Shown: positions 1 to 10,880 of the stretch, piece after piece
Layout: each line of letters begins with the position of its first letter
How positions within the stretch are numbered: position 1 is the first letter of the stretch
Origin: Paraphysomonas bandaiensis
Lineage: Eukaryota > Protista > Chrysophyceae
Direction: 5' to 3'
Assembly: GCA_965644295.1 (NCBI GenBank)
Contig: CBFFRP010000148.1
Coordinates: forward strand, 62,001 to 126,000
DNA length: 64,000 nucleotides
The notes under the pieces: generated by a model
Databases searched by the model: none
Seen by the model: the letters and a program-made list of their open reading frames with translations, nothing else
Told to the model about the DNA's origin: nothing
Translations under genes and position numbers: made by a program

Positions 1-413
1 GAAGACACATTCGATGCTGGAATGTCAGCTAATGTAAATGCTCTCATATCCTTCTCGTTCATTAGAAGAAACCCCTCACCCCCAATGTCAAACACTGCTG
101 CGAGGAGATACCGTGGGTCTGTTAAAAGCGATTCGACGGGAGCAGTACGAGCCAGCATATAAGACTCATATATATCGATTACAAATAATACAACAAATAC
201 CATTGCAGCACATATTAATGCAATTCCAAAGGCAAGTTTTCTCTTAGATACATTATCTGTTAGCTCTGTAAGCTCTCGAGACCCCTCATATATACTCTCA
301 TCATCCCTGTCAATAGCTGATGACAGAGCATCTATACATACATTCCCATAGAGAAGATAACACAGTAATAAGCGATATAGAGCACTAGAAGGAATCAATT
401 CATATGACAACAT
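1..413 (-). CDS. 5' part of an unknown protein with a possible signal peptide and a transmembrane helix; runs off the window start
   Basis: Stop-free frame from ATG at 413 to the window edge (MLSYELIPSSALYRLLLCYLLYG...LAFGIALICAAMVFVVLFVIDIY...). It is missing from the ORF track because no stop lies in the window. An RY/AT-rich promoter-like stretch lies upstream (540-1000). Confidence 0.6.
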   Translation of the reverse strand, partial: MLSYELIPSSALYRLLLCYLLYGNVCIDALSSAIDRDDESIYEGSRELTELTDNVSKRKLAFGIALICAAMVFVVLFVIDIYESYMLARTAPVESLLTDPRYLLAAVFDIGGEGFLLMNEKDMRAFTLADIPASNVS

Positions 414-2592
414 CTTACTGTCTTACTAACTAATCATCTCAATGAATCATTCCATCAATTCAACTCTTGACTCATTCAATCCCAGCATGGACTGTAACCA
501 CACCGTCTTCCTTCTACACTAACAAGTACATAAGCCCTCTGGCTATATATAACTATATATGAAAAGACACGTAAGTATATGTATCTGTGTGTATATGCAT
601 ATATTCACTGCAGGGAAGTGAAGATGAAAGACTTTCTTTCACTTTAAAAAAAATACTTTTTCCACACTTCAAAAACACACGTATGTTAGAACTGGAATAC
701 GAACACAAGCACTTTACTGGCATCAGGTTCACGTTCGTACGACAGCACTTACATTCAGTGTGTACCAATGCCATATGGGGAATGGTATACTGATCACCGC
801 TACAGTACGTACATAGTTTTCAGCCATCAAAAATAGACTTTTTATGTACCATTAAATTCTGAATACTCTGATTTTGTATGAAAGGAATTAGATAGACCCA
901 AAAACTATACTTTTGGTGACATCAAAACAAAAATACTCCAGTATTTCCAGTATATCTTTAAATTGGCACTGGAATTTTAATTAAAATAAGAACTATAATT
1001 ACAATTAGAGATTAAAGAAATAATACAATATACAATATAATGCCATGCCAAAAATGCCATTTACTTTATCACCATCAATAGCAGTAGTGTGTATATCTTA
1101 TTGAATGTAGTCAAATCGATACGGTTTAAATAGGACACTGCTCAAATTTATGGAATTTTATTTCGTCAAGAGATAATTAATGATTCAAACTAGTCAATTC
1201 TTAGCTGAAAACTTAGTAACCGATTGTGCTCGCCTATAGCGACGTAGTATTACAGAACAATAATGTCATAGCAGTGATGACAATCAGCGATTTATAATAG
1301 CGATATATATTGACATGAGCCCAACATAAGTCTGTAGACCCATCATACGTTGAGCGCTGGGATAAGAGTGTATAGATACTAGATACCAGAGATAGTAATT
1401 TATTTGATGTAATCTCATGTTTAGGAGATTTAAAGACAAACTATTCCTACATGGAATTAATACAGATGAAGCAATACAGACTCAACTAGAAACATTAGCA
1501 GCAAGATTTTGTCAATATTCCAAATTTACAAAGTAATGTACCCACACTAGTGCAGCATTGTCAATGATAATGATTGGCATCAAGATGGTTGCTGCAGACA
1601 CATATATATACCTCCATCAGTTAGTGTTGAAATACTTTCTAGTGCGCTGGATATAATTGTGAATAATGTAGTACCTGTTCATAAGGCATCATGCCCATAA
1701 CGTAAAACAAAGCACACAGTTTCGTACCGTGTGTTTGTACAACGCAATCCGTAAATTCAACAAGTCAGTCCACTGTTGTCAGTAGATATGTTACAACACT
1801 ATGTGGAGTACGATATGCATCCATCTCTTATCTACTCCAGCACCTTCATCTTGAACAGTGATGTATGTAACCACAGTCATACTTACAAGACACACCAGGT
1901 GAGATCAGATGAGATGATACAGTGTTATGAGTCATATTGTCTGCAGGCTCTTCACTGGTTGGGTCGTAAGAGGCGTCCCTATACCACATACATACACTCT
2001 CACCACTTCCACAACTCATCCACACTCTCATATTACTCATATGTTATCCTTATAGAGGAAGTCCTCATATGGATGATCACCACCAGCTCCATTAACAACA
2101 GCGTCACAGTCATCTAACGGATACACATGCTTCCACAGCACCATTAATGCAGATACACCATATAAAATAACACACTCAGGAGCGCATTAGTGGTGAACGC
2201 TTCTGTTTCAGTTGTATGGCTATTCAGGGTGCTCCATGCGGTCTATGCATGTATATGTGTGTGGGTGTTCTGTATGTATGTGTGTATCTGCTGCGGTATT
2301 ATTCATATGATCATACGAGTCTCTCTCCTCATGAGGAGCACACACCACTATACACCACTATGACCACACACTGTTGATAGTCCTCACTCGTGTCTGTGAG
2401 TAGAGGCAGCAGCAGAGCCTCTGAATCATGTACTCATATATGCATATATCCACATCACATTCACTTCGAAGTGAGCCAGAGATATACCCCCATATACGCA
2501 CACGTATACCTCTGTATACCATATACACAGTATACAGAGAATACGTAGCTTCACAGTTGTAGCAAAAAGCTTCACATATGCACTCATTATAC

Positions 2593-3420
2593 TATGTATG
2601 TATGTATGTATGTATGTATGTATGTATGTATGTATGTATGTATGTATGTATGTATGTATGTATGTATGTATGTATGTATGTATGTATGTATGTATGTATG
2701 TATGTATGTATGTATGTATGTATGTATGTATGTATGTATGTATGTATGTATGTATGTATGTATGTATGTATGTATGTATGTATGTATGTATGTATGTATG
2801 TATGTATGTATGTATGTATGTATGTATGTATGTATGTATGTATGTATGTATGTATGTATGTATGTATGTATGTATGTATGTATGTATGTATGTATGTATG
2901 TATGTGTGTATGTATGTATGTATGTATGTATGTATGTATGTATGTATGTATGTATGTATGTATGTATGTATGTGTGTATGTATGTATGTATGTATGTATG
3001 TATGTATGTATGTATGTATGTATGTATGTATGTATGTATGTATGTATGTATGTATGTATCTATGTATGTATCTATGTATGTATGTATGTATGTATGTATG
3101 TATGTATGTATGTATGTATTTATGTATCTATGCATGTATGTATGTATGTATGTATGTATGTATGTATGTATGTATGTATGTATGTATGTATGTATGTATG
3201 TATGTATGTATGTATGTATGTATGTATGTATGTATGTATGTATGTATGTATGTATGTATGTATGTATGTATGTATGTATGTATGTATGTATGTATGTATG
3301 TATGTATGTATGTATGTATGTATGTATGTATGTATGTATGTATGTATGTATGTATGTATGTATGTATGTATGTATGTATGTATGTATGTATGTATGTATG
3401 TATGTATGTATGTATCTATG
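2593..3420. repeat. (TATG)n microsatellite, about 830 bp
   Basis: Near-perfect tetranucleotide array ending about 70 bp upstream of the ATG at 3490. Confidence 0.99.
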
Positions 3421-3489
3421 CATATACAGATATGAACTCATCTCATAACCATCTGCTGAATTAACACTCTATCAGTCTCATATAAACAT

Positions 3490-5259
3490 ATGAATGAAAT
3501 CACTCTATCAGCTCTTAATGATGATGTTGTTCGTCTCATCATCTCTATGATCCCACACACGGCTCTCCTTCCAGTGATCATGACTTGTAAGAGACTTCAC
3601 GATATCGTCTACACTGATAAGAGCAGAGAGAGACTTGAGTCACATGCATCTCACTACTGTATGACCAACTCAATGGTCTCATGGGCTCTGTCTGTGGGCT
3701 GCCCACACACCAAACTAATGAATACATGTGCACAATACGGCAGACTACAGCAGATGAAACACTTATACACACATACGTGTACACATACACATAATACAGA
3801 GTATGCTTCTAGTGAATTGGATGCACAACAGTGGCTTCGCTCACAGGACCCTCCATGTCCATGGAATGAGTGGACTTGCAGGGCTGCTGCAGAGAGTGGG
3901 CACTTGGATGTTCTGGATTGGCTTCGTTCACAGGACCCTCCATGTCCATGGGATGAACGGACTTGCATGGCTGCTGCAGAGGGTGGGCACTTGGATGTTC
4001 TTCGATGGCTTCGTTCACAGGACCCTCCATGTCCATGGAATGAACGGACTTGCAATGCTGCTGCAGAGGGTGGGCACTTGGATGTTCTTAGATGGCTTCG
4101 TTCACAGGACCCTCCATGTCCATGGAATGAACGGACTTGCAATGCTGCTGCAAAGGGTGGGCACTTGGATGTTCTTAGATGGCTTCGTTCACAGGACCCT
4201 CCATGTCCATGGGAAGAGTGGACTTGCATGGCTGCTGCAGAGGGTGGGCACTTGGATGTTCTTCGATGGCTTCGTTCACAGGACCCTCCATGTCCATGGG
4301 ATGAACGGACTTGCATGGCTGCTGCAAGAAGTGGGTACTTGGATGTTCTTAGATGGCTTCGTTCACAGGACCCTCCATGTCCATGGAATGAGTGGACTTG
4401 CGCTGCTGCTGCAGAGGGTGGGCACTTGGATGTTCTTAGATGGCTTCGTTCACAGGACCCTCCATGTCCATGGAATGAGTGGACTTGCATGGCTGCTGCA
4501 GAGGGTGGGCACTTGGATGTTCTTCGATGGCTTCGTTCACAGGACCCTCCATGTCCATGGGATGAATGGACTTGCCAGAATGCTGCAGAGGGTGGGCACT
4601 TGGATGTTCTTCGATGGCTTCGTTCACAGGACCCTCCATGTCCATGGGATGAACGGACTTGCAATGCTGCTGCAAAGGGTGGGCACTTGGATGTTCTTAG
4701 ATGGCTTCGTTCACAGGACCCTCCATGTCCATGGGAAGAGTGGACTTGCATGGCTGCTGCAGAGGGTGGGCACTTGGATGTTCTTCGATGGCTTCGTTCA
4801 CAGGACCCTCCATGTCCATGGGATGAATGGACTTGCCAGAATGCTGCAGAGGGTGGGCACTTGGATGTTCTTCGATGGCTTCGTTCACAGGACCCTCCAT
4901 GTCCATGGGATGAACGGACTTGCCAGAATGCTGCAGAGGGTGGGCACTTGGATGTTCTTAGATGGCTTCGTTCAGAGGACCCTCCATGTCCATGGGATGA
5001 ACGGACTTGCATGGCTGCTGCAGAGGGTGGGCACTTGGATGTTCTTCGATGGCTTCGTTCACATGACCCTCCATGTCCATGGAATGAATGGACTTGCAAT
5101 GCTGCTGCAAAGGGTGGGCACTTGGATGTTCTTCGATGGCTTCGTTCACAGGACCCTCCATGTCCATGGAATGAATGGACTTGCAATGCTGCTGCAAAGG
5201 GTGGGCACTTGGATGTTCTTAGATGGCTTTGTTCACAGGATCCTCCATGTTTTAATTGA
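3490..5259 (+). CDS. F-box-like N-terminus plus 16 x 29-aa ankyrin-like repeats (copy 1)
   Basis: LSALNDDVVRLIISMIP...VIMTCKRLHDI fits an F-box pattern. Repeat consensus WLRSQDPPCPWxExTCxxAAxxGHLDVLR contains the ankyrin AAxxGHLxVL motif. Intronless, 87-nt unit. Confidence 0.85.
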   Translation: MNEITLSALNDDVVRLIISMIPHTALLPVIMTCKRLHDIVYTDKSRERLESHASHYCMTNSMVSWALSVGCPHTKLMNTCAQYGRLQQMKHLYTHTCTHTHNTEYASSELDAQQWLRSQDPPCPWNEWTCRAAAESGHLDVLDWLRSQDPPCPWDERTCMAAAEGGHLDVLRWLRSQDPPCPWNERTCNAAAEGGHLDVLRWLRSQDPPCPWNERTCNAAAKGGHLDVLRWLRSQDPPCPWEEWTCMAAAEGGHLDVLRWLRSQDPPCPWDERTCMAAARSGYLDVLRWLRSQDPPCPWNEWTCAAAAEGGHLDVLRWLRSQDPPCPWNEWTCMAAAEGGHLDVLRWLRSQDPPCPWDEWTCQNAAEGGHLDVLRWLRSQDPPCPWDERTCNAAAKGGHLDVLRWLRSQDPPCPWEEWTCMAAAEGGHLDVLRWLRSQDPPCPWDEWTCQNAAEGGHLDVLRWLRSQDPPCPWDERTCQNAAEGGHLDVLRWLRSEDPPCPWDERTCMAAAEGGHLDVLRWLRSHDPPCPWNEWTCNAAAKGGHLDVLRWLRSQDPPCPWNEWTCNAAAKGGHLDVLRWLCSQDPPCFN

Positions 5260-5263
5260 TATG

Positions 5264-6010
5264 CGACAGAAATAACGAGAACGAGAGTGAAGGAACAATC
5301 TAATGTAGTTGAAAGTCTAAGCAATATTAGACAACAATGTCTCCCCGAATGCAAGCATTGTTGCCATTGCCAATTTTGAGAAGGCAGTGGCTAAAATTCA
5401 AGGGATCGATGAAAGAGAGTTGACAGGCAATGAGAGAAGAGCAATTAGACATTTGCAACCGGATTCATCCATGGAGGTTGGTGTACCCGACAGAAATAAC
5501 GAGAACGAGAGTGAAGGAACTGATTTTGCACAGCGTGTTCTGGACAGCGCCGAGGTCACCAAGAGAGTTCGACTTGGTACCTATGAGTCCAACTACCGCT
5601 GCTTGCTTCATATTGAAGCACAATCTAATGTAGTTGAGAGGCTCTTTAGTCGTGCAAAGTTGATTATGACACCTGAGCGTAGAAACATGAATCCATATCG
5701 TCTAGAATCGTTGCTATTCCTACGAGCCAATTACATGTTGTGGGATGTTTATACCCTCCATGAAGCCCTGCAAGAAGATCCTGATGTGCCAGTAGAGAGC
5801 GAGAAGTAGTTAAAATTTGTAGTCTGCTAGTTAACTAAAAATTAGTAATTAAGGGAGCACAACACTATCTATTATATGAGTGGTGGTATCTAATCTAAGT
5901 TAGTAGGTATTAATGGCCATTATAATTGCCGGGACATTTTTCATTAATGCCATTATATTTGTCGGGAACTGGACTAGAATTAATGGGCCATTAATGGTTA
6001 CCAGGCCCTG
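5264..6010 (+). mobile_element. hAT-superfamily transposon 3' fragment (transposase C-terminal dimerisation region plus right end)
   Basis: SPNASIVAIANFEKAVAKIQ and SNVVERLFSRAKLIMTPERRNMNPYRLESLLFLRAN match the hAT C-terminal motif. Subterminal TAATGGCC/GGCCATTA repeats are present. The element ends in CCAGGCCCTG (reverse complement CAGGG..., hAT-type), abutting ankyrin repeat DNA. Confidence 0.8.
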
Positions 6011-6262
6011 GTTCACAGGACCCTCCGTGTCCATGGAATGAAGGGACTTGCAGCAGCTATGGCTGCTGCAAAGGGTGGGCACTTGGACGTTCTTAGATGG
6101 CTTCGTTCACAGGACCCTCCATGTCCATGGGATGAATCTACTTGCAGGGCTGCTGCATGAAGTGGGCACTTGGATGTTCTTAGATGGCTTCGTTCACAGG
6201 ACCCTCCATGTTTTAATTGATATGCTTCTCTGGCTGCATAGTATGGACATGAGGATGTTTTG
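6011..6262 (+). pseudogene. Detached, disabled ankyrin repeat units plus degenerate terminal repeat
   Basis: About 2.3 further 87-nt units, one with a frameshifting insertion (tgcagcagctatggct) and one with TGA. They are followed by the same tail as at 5251-5264 and 9311 onward. Confidence 0.8.
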
Positions 6263-7645
6263 AAAGGTCTTTTTTCATATTATGCATTATGGCCTAGCTT
6301 TAAGGAGGTGTCTAATGTTATAATCATACAAGAAATAATAACAATCTCATGATTATTTTGTATATGGGTAAAGAGGGCATTTTTTAAATCCAAGCCGAGT
6401 GTATTATATATAGGGGGATTCGAAATAAGAAATTAACAACTGTCCGATGTTCGATGAATGCTATGCAAATTTAGTATTGATTCATATGAACAACCCTTAT
6501 ATCTTATGTTTCTCTAAGATAGTACTTTAGAATAAGGCGAATACAATGTGAGAAACTGTAATACGTAGTCACACATACTACTATATAGCTATAACTGTGA
6601 AACTGAAGTATTGGACCACGCCTGTACAAGATATGGAAGTTGATCAGTGGTTGCTTGTTGTTGTGTGTTGGGTATGCGTAGATATATAGGGACTGGGGTG
6701 TGCCCAATACTCACATTGTAACTAATCACTGCGTGCGGCAAAAAACGTTGTAGACACAGCCTTCTTAGAGTATTGTGGTTTGGGTATATGGTGCTGCTGT
6801 CTGAGAGAGGAGGAAGTATGTTGGTTCATGTGAACAATTACATATAGTTAAAATTAGCATCACCATCACCTTTATATACAATACGCTTAACCCTGCTAGT
6901 GCACCTGATTGAATGATGTGTGTATGATATGAGACACACAATATCCTCATAAGCACAATGTGACCCAAACCCTGAAAGAACTGGATGCCACTGCCCTTAA
7001 CCACCTGTACAGCATCAGATGGCACTTACACTCACCTGAAAGTCCTGGTCATGAATATACATCGCTTGCACTGACAACACTGGATGTCTATATGTGTCCG
7101 GTGCTGATATGAGCGTTCTGTTGAGCCCATTCAGGTCAAAGAAAGCTTTCAGAGTTGCATGAACACTGTTATGAGTGTCTTCGGAGAATAGAGTGTAGAA
7201 CAAACAGTTCTTGGGGGTGACTCATATTCTCTGTCTGCATCTGTCACTCATGTTTGTAGTAACTGTGATAGAAGATGAGGCAGCGATACTCCGCTGCTGC
7301 AGTATGTTGTACAGTACTGGATTCGTAGCATTCTATCCTACAAAAAACAGTGTTTTTACAACGACAATTGTGGCAGCTTTCCCAAAAATTAGTATTTTTT
7401 GAACTGTGTTATTCCTTTAGAAAAGTGGCGGTTTTTATAAGCCCAAAACCCAAAACCTGATGTTTCACATACATGTATTCCACTTGTATAGCATCATATA
7501 TCGGTGCAGCAGTATACAGAGTATTCTGTGACCCCGGAAGTGTCCTCAGCATGGACCAGTATGGGTTCCTACGTACAGTGCAGTGGAGTGTATACCCATA
7601 TACAGACCAGCTCATGTCCTACTGCCTGTATATGCATGTATGTGT

Positions 7646-9565
7646 AGATATGAACTCATCTCATAATCATCTGCTCAATTAACACTCTATCAGTCTCATA
7701 TAAACATATGAATGAAATCACTCTATCAGCTCTTAATGATGATGTTGTTCGTCTCATCATCTCTATGATCCCACACACGGCTCTCCTTCCAGTGATCATG
7801 ACTTGTAAGAGATTTCACGATATCGTCTACACTGATAAGAGCAGAGAGAGACTTGAGTCACATGCATCTCACTACTGTATGACCAACTCAATGGTCTCAT
7901 GGGCTCTGTCTGTGGGCTGCCCACACACCAAACTAATGAATACATGTGCACAATACGGCAGACTACAGCAGATGAAACACTTATACACACATACGTGTAC
8001 ACATACACATAATACAGAGTATGCTTCTAGTGAATTGGATGCACAACAGTGGCTTCGCTCACAGGACCCTCCATGTCCATGGAATGAGTGGACTTGCAGG
8101 GCTGCTGCAGAGAGTGGGCACTTGGATGTTCTTCGATGGCTTCGTTCACAGGACCCTCCATGTCCATGGAATGAACGGACTTGCATGGCTGCTGCAGAGG
8201 GTGGGCACTTGGATGTTCTTCGATGGTTTCGTTCACAGGACCCTCCATGTCCATGGAATGAACGGACTTGCAATGCTGCTGCAAGAAGTGGGCACTTGGA
8301 TGTTCTTCGATGGCTTCGTTCACAGGACCCTCCATGTCCATGGAATGAGTGGACTTGCATGGCTGCTGCAGAGGATGGGCACTTGGATGTTCTTCGATGG
8401 CTTCGTTCACAGGACCCTCCATGTTCATGGGATGAATGGACTAGCAGGGCTGCTGCAGATGGTGGGCACTTGGATGTTCTTAGATGGCTTCGTTCAGAGG
8501 ACCCTCCATGTCCATGGGATGAACGGACTTGCAATGCTGCTGCAGAGAGCGGGCACTTGGATGTTCTTAGATGGCTTCGTTCACAGGACCCTCCATGTCC
8601 ATGGGATGAACGGACTTGCACATTTGCTGCAGAGGGTGGGCACTTGGATGTTCTTAGATGGTTTCGTTCACAGGACCCTCCATGTCCATGGGAAGAGTGG
8701 ACTTGCACATTTGCTGCAAAGGGTGGGCACTTGGATGTTCTTCGATGGCTTCGTTCACAGGACCCTCCATGTCCATGGGATGAACGGACTTGCACATTTG
8801 CTGCAGAGGGTGGGCACTTGGATGTTCTTCGATGGTTTCGTTCACAGGACCCTTCATGTCCATGGGATGAATGGACTTGCAATGCTGCTGCAAAGGGTGG
8901 GCACTTGGATGTTCTTAGATGGCTTCGTTCACAGGACCCTCCATGTCCATGGGATGAACGGACTTGCAATGCTGCTGCAGAGAGCGGGCACTTGGATGTT
9001 CTTCGATGGCTTCGTTCACAGGACCCTCCATGTCCATGGGATGAATGGACTTGCAATGCTGCTGCAAAGGGTGGGCACTTGGATGTTCTTAGATGGCTTC
9101 GTTCACAGGACCCTCCATGTCCATGGAATGAATGGACTTGCAATGCTGCTGCAGAGAGTGGGCACTTGGATGTTCTTAGATGGCTTTGTTCACAGGACCC
9201 TCCATGTCCATGAGATGAATGGACTTGCAGTGCTGCTGCAGCGCGTGGGCACTTGGATGTTCTTCGATGGCTTCGTTCACAAGACCCTCCATGTCCCATG
9301 TTCATTTAGTTTTAATTGATATACTTCTCTGGCTGCATAGCATGGACATTTGGATGTTTTGAAATGTCTTTTATCATATTATGCTTTATGGCCTAGCTTT
9401 AAGGAGGTGTCTAATGTTATAATCAGACAAGAAATAATAACAATCTCATGATTATTTTGTATATGGGTAAAGAGGGCATTTTTTAAATCCAAGCCGAGTG
9501 TAATATATATAGGGGGATTCGAAATAAGAAATTAACAACTGTCCGATGTTCGATGAATGCTATGC
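7646..9565 (+). repeat. Segmental duplicate of about 3428-6468
   Basis: Shares the 5' leader (agatatgaactcatctcataa), the CDS and about 250 bp of 3' flank, ending at gatgaatgctatgc. Confidence 0.93.
7708..9213 (+). CDS. F-box-like N-terminus plus 13 x 29-aa ankyrin-like repeats (copy 2)
   Basis: The N-terminal ~113 aa differ from copy 1 by one residue (KRLH vs KRFH). The stop is TGA at a repeat TGG (Trp) position, and a 14th intact unit follows it. Confidence 0.82.
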   Translation: MNEITLSALNDDVVRLIISMIPHTALLPVIMTCKRFHDIVYTDKSRERLESHASHYCMTNSMVSWALSVGCPHTKLMNTCAQYGRLQQMKHLYTHTCTHTHNTEYASSELDAQQWLRSQDPPCPWNEWTCRAAAESGHLDVLRWLRSQDPPCPWNERTCMAAAEGGHLDVLRWFRSQDPPCPWNERTCNAAARSGHLDVLRWLRSQDPPCPWNEWTCMAAAEDGHLDVLRWLRSQDPPCSWDEWTSRAAADGGHLDVLRWLRSEDPPCPWDERTCNAAAESGHLDVLRWLRSQDPPCPWDERTCTFAAEGGHLDVLRWFRSQDPPCPWEEWTCTFAAKGGHLDVLRWLRSQDPPCPWDERTCTFAAEGGHLDVLRWFRSQDPSCPWDEWTCNAAAKGGHLDVLRWLRSQDPPCPWDERTCNAAAESGHLDVLRWLRSQDPPCPWDEWTCNAAAKGGHLDVLRWLRSQDPPCPWNEWTCNAAAESGHLDVLRWLCSQDPPCP

Positions 9566-9915
9566 TTTTTTTTTAAAGTCTTTTATTTAGCAGTAGGCGT
9601 TAAAAGCCTGCACCGATTTAGTAGCTAGATGAATGCTAGTCAACCTAGTTAGACCTCTACCCGTAACTAATCAGTACAAACTCTATTATCCTACGTTAGA
9701 TTCCCAGAGAGACTTGCCCCATATTGACAGTGTAACTAATTACTGCGTGCGGCCCCCTGGTGGGTGCGGCTGAGTGCTGCGACCGCGCACCTCTACCTAT
9801 GTACACATTGCTTAGTTCAGCAGTTCCCCACTCTGGGTTCTCACTGCATATTCAGCGCTGAATACGATGTGATAATGATGTAGCTAGTTGGGTTCAGTAG
9901 GTAGCTAGCAAATAA

Positions 9916-9995
9916 CGTATGGGACTTAAATCAAGTATTAGTTAGGTACCCACCCGACCCCCATCCGAATCTACCTAAGTACGCGCTCAGAATGG
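9916..9995 (+). repeat. ~80-bp dispersed repeat (second copy 29285-29355)
   Basis: cgtatgggactta(a)atcaagtattagttaggtaccc...agtacgcgctcagaatgg is present at both sites. Confidence 0.85.
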
Positions 9996-10880
9996 GGCAA
10001 GCTTAGTGTAAATAATCAAGTACTAACGTAGCACTGGATCAAGTATGCTAAAACTAAAACTCTTCTTTCTGTAGACAGTATTATGCAATTAAAGTAAGAT
10101 AATAGAGTGTGCAACATAGTTGAAAACAACTCGTAGTTGTAACGGCTAAATATATTCATAAAGAAAGTAAGTGCAGGTAATGATGAACACATGATCATAA
10201 ATAGATGTTCAAGAGAACATCTGATGTTCATCAGATGTTACATAAATATGTTGTAAATCGTTTAGATTGATAACTATAAATTGTGTTCAACAAATCAAGT
10301 TTAAGGTTCACGGTAGGGCACGAAGGTTAACTTCAGTGTAATGGTCAATTCCAACTGATATAGTCCTTTGCTGTCAAAATGAGTACTTAACACTGGACAA
10401 GTAAACTTTAGAACTAGAACAAATATTTGAGCAGTATAAAATATACATTTCGATTAAGTGACAGACTCTAAATTAGTAAAATAAGAACTTTATAAGAACT
10501 TATGTAATCACCATGCAATGCTTGAAAGTGAACTTAGAGTGGATAGTGGATAATGACCACTATCATAATGATTCCATTTGATGATACTAAAGTGTAATAA
10601 CAGTACGTATGACCACCCCAGCAATACCAATATATTATGTAGTAATAAATATGTAGGGATGTCCATTGTAACAATGAGGCTTATGGTACATGCACTGCTT
10701 GCTCATATTGTGGCTATTGTAGTATGTGTAAATATATATACTGCATAAATGTACCATTACGATTATAATTTTATTATTAGATTAATCTGTCGTACTTCAC
10801 AATTGCATGATATTTATTCTTTGAAGAGGTTGCATCCTCGTATAAGTGGGGGGCAAACAACAGTATCTTATGCATACTAG

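Noticed and set aside
1150-2250. Possible minus-strand pseudogene divergent from ankyrin copy 1
   Set aside because: Stop density in the frame I read is about what random sequence gives, and no motif is recognisable.
2578-3464. MYVC/HTYI repeat ORFs here and at 20415-21025 and 54243-54940
   Set aside because: Translations of stop-free (TATG)n microsatellite, not proteins.
3830-5250. Regular repeat/variable pattern as a CRISPR array or DGR
   Set aside because: Variable parts are a few codons drawn from a small recurring set within an ORF, not unique spacers. No cas genes or DGR reverse transcriptase are present, and variation is not adenine-restricted.
3654-5354. Long overlapping antisense and alternate-frame ORFs over both ankyrin arrays
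   Set aside because: One stop-free 87-nt unit (a multiple of 3) repeated many times opens these frames automatically. Only the ankyrin frame has recognisable motifs.
10190-10245. Overlapping short inverted repeats (gatgttcaagagaacatc; aacatctgatgttcatcagatgtt)
   Set aside because: Short and single-copy in the window, with no supporting context.
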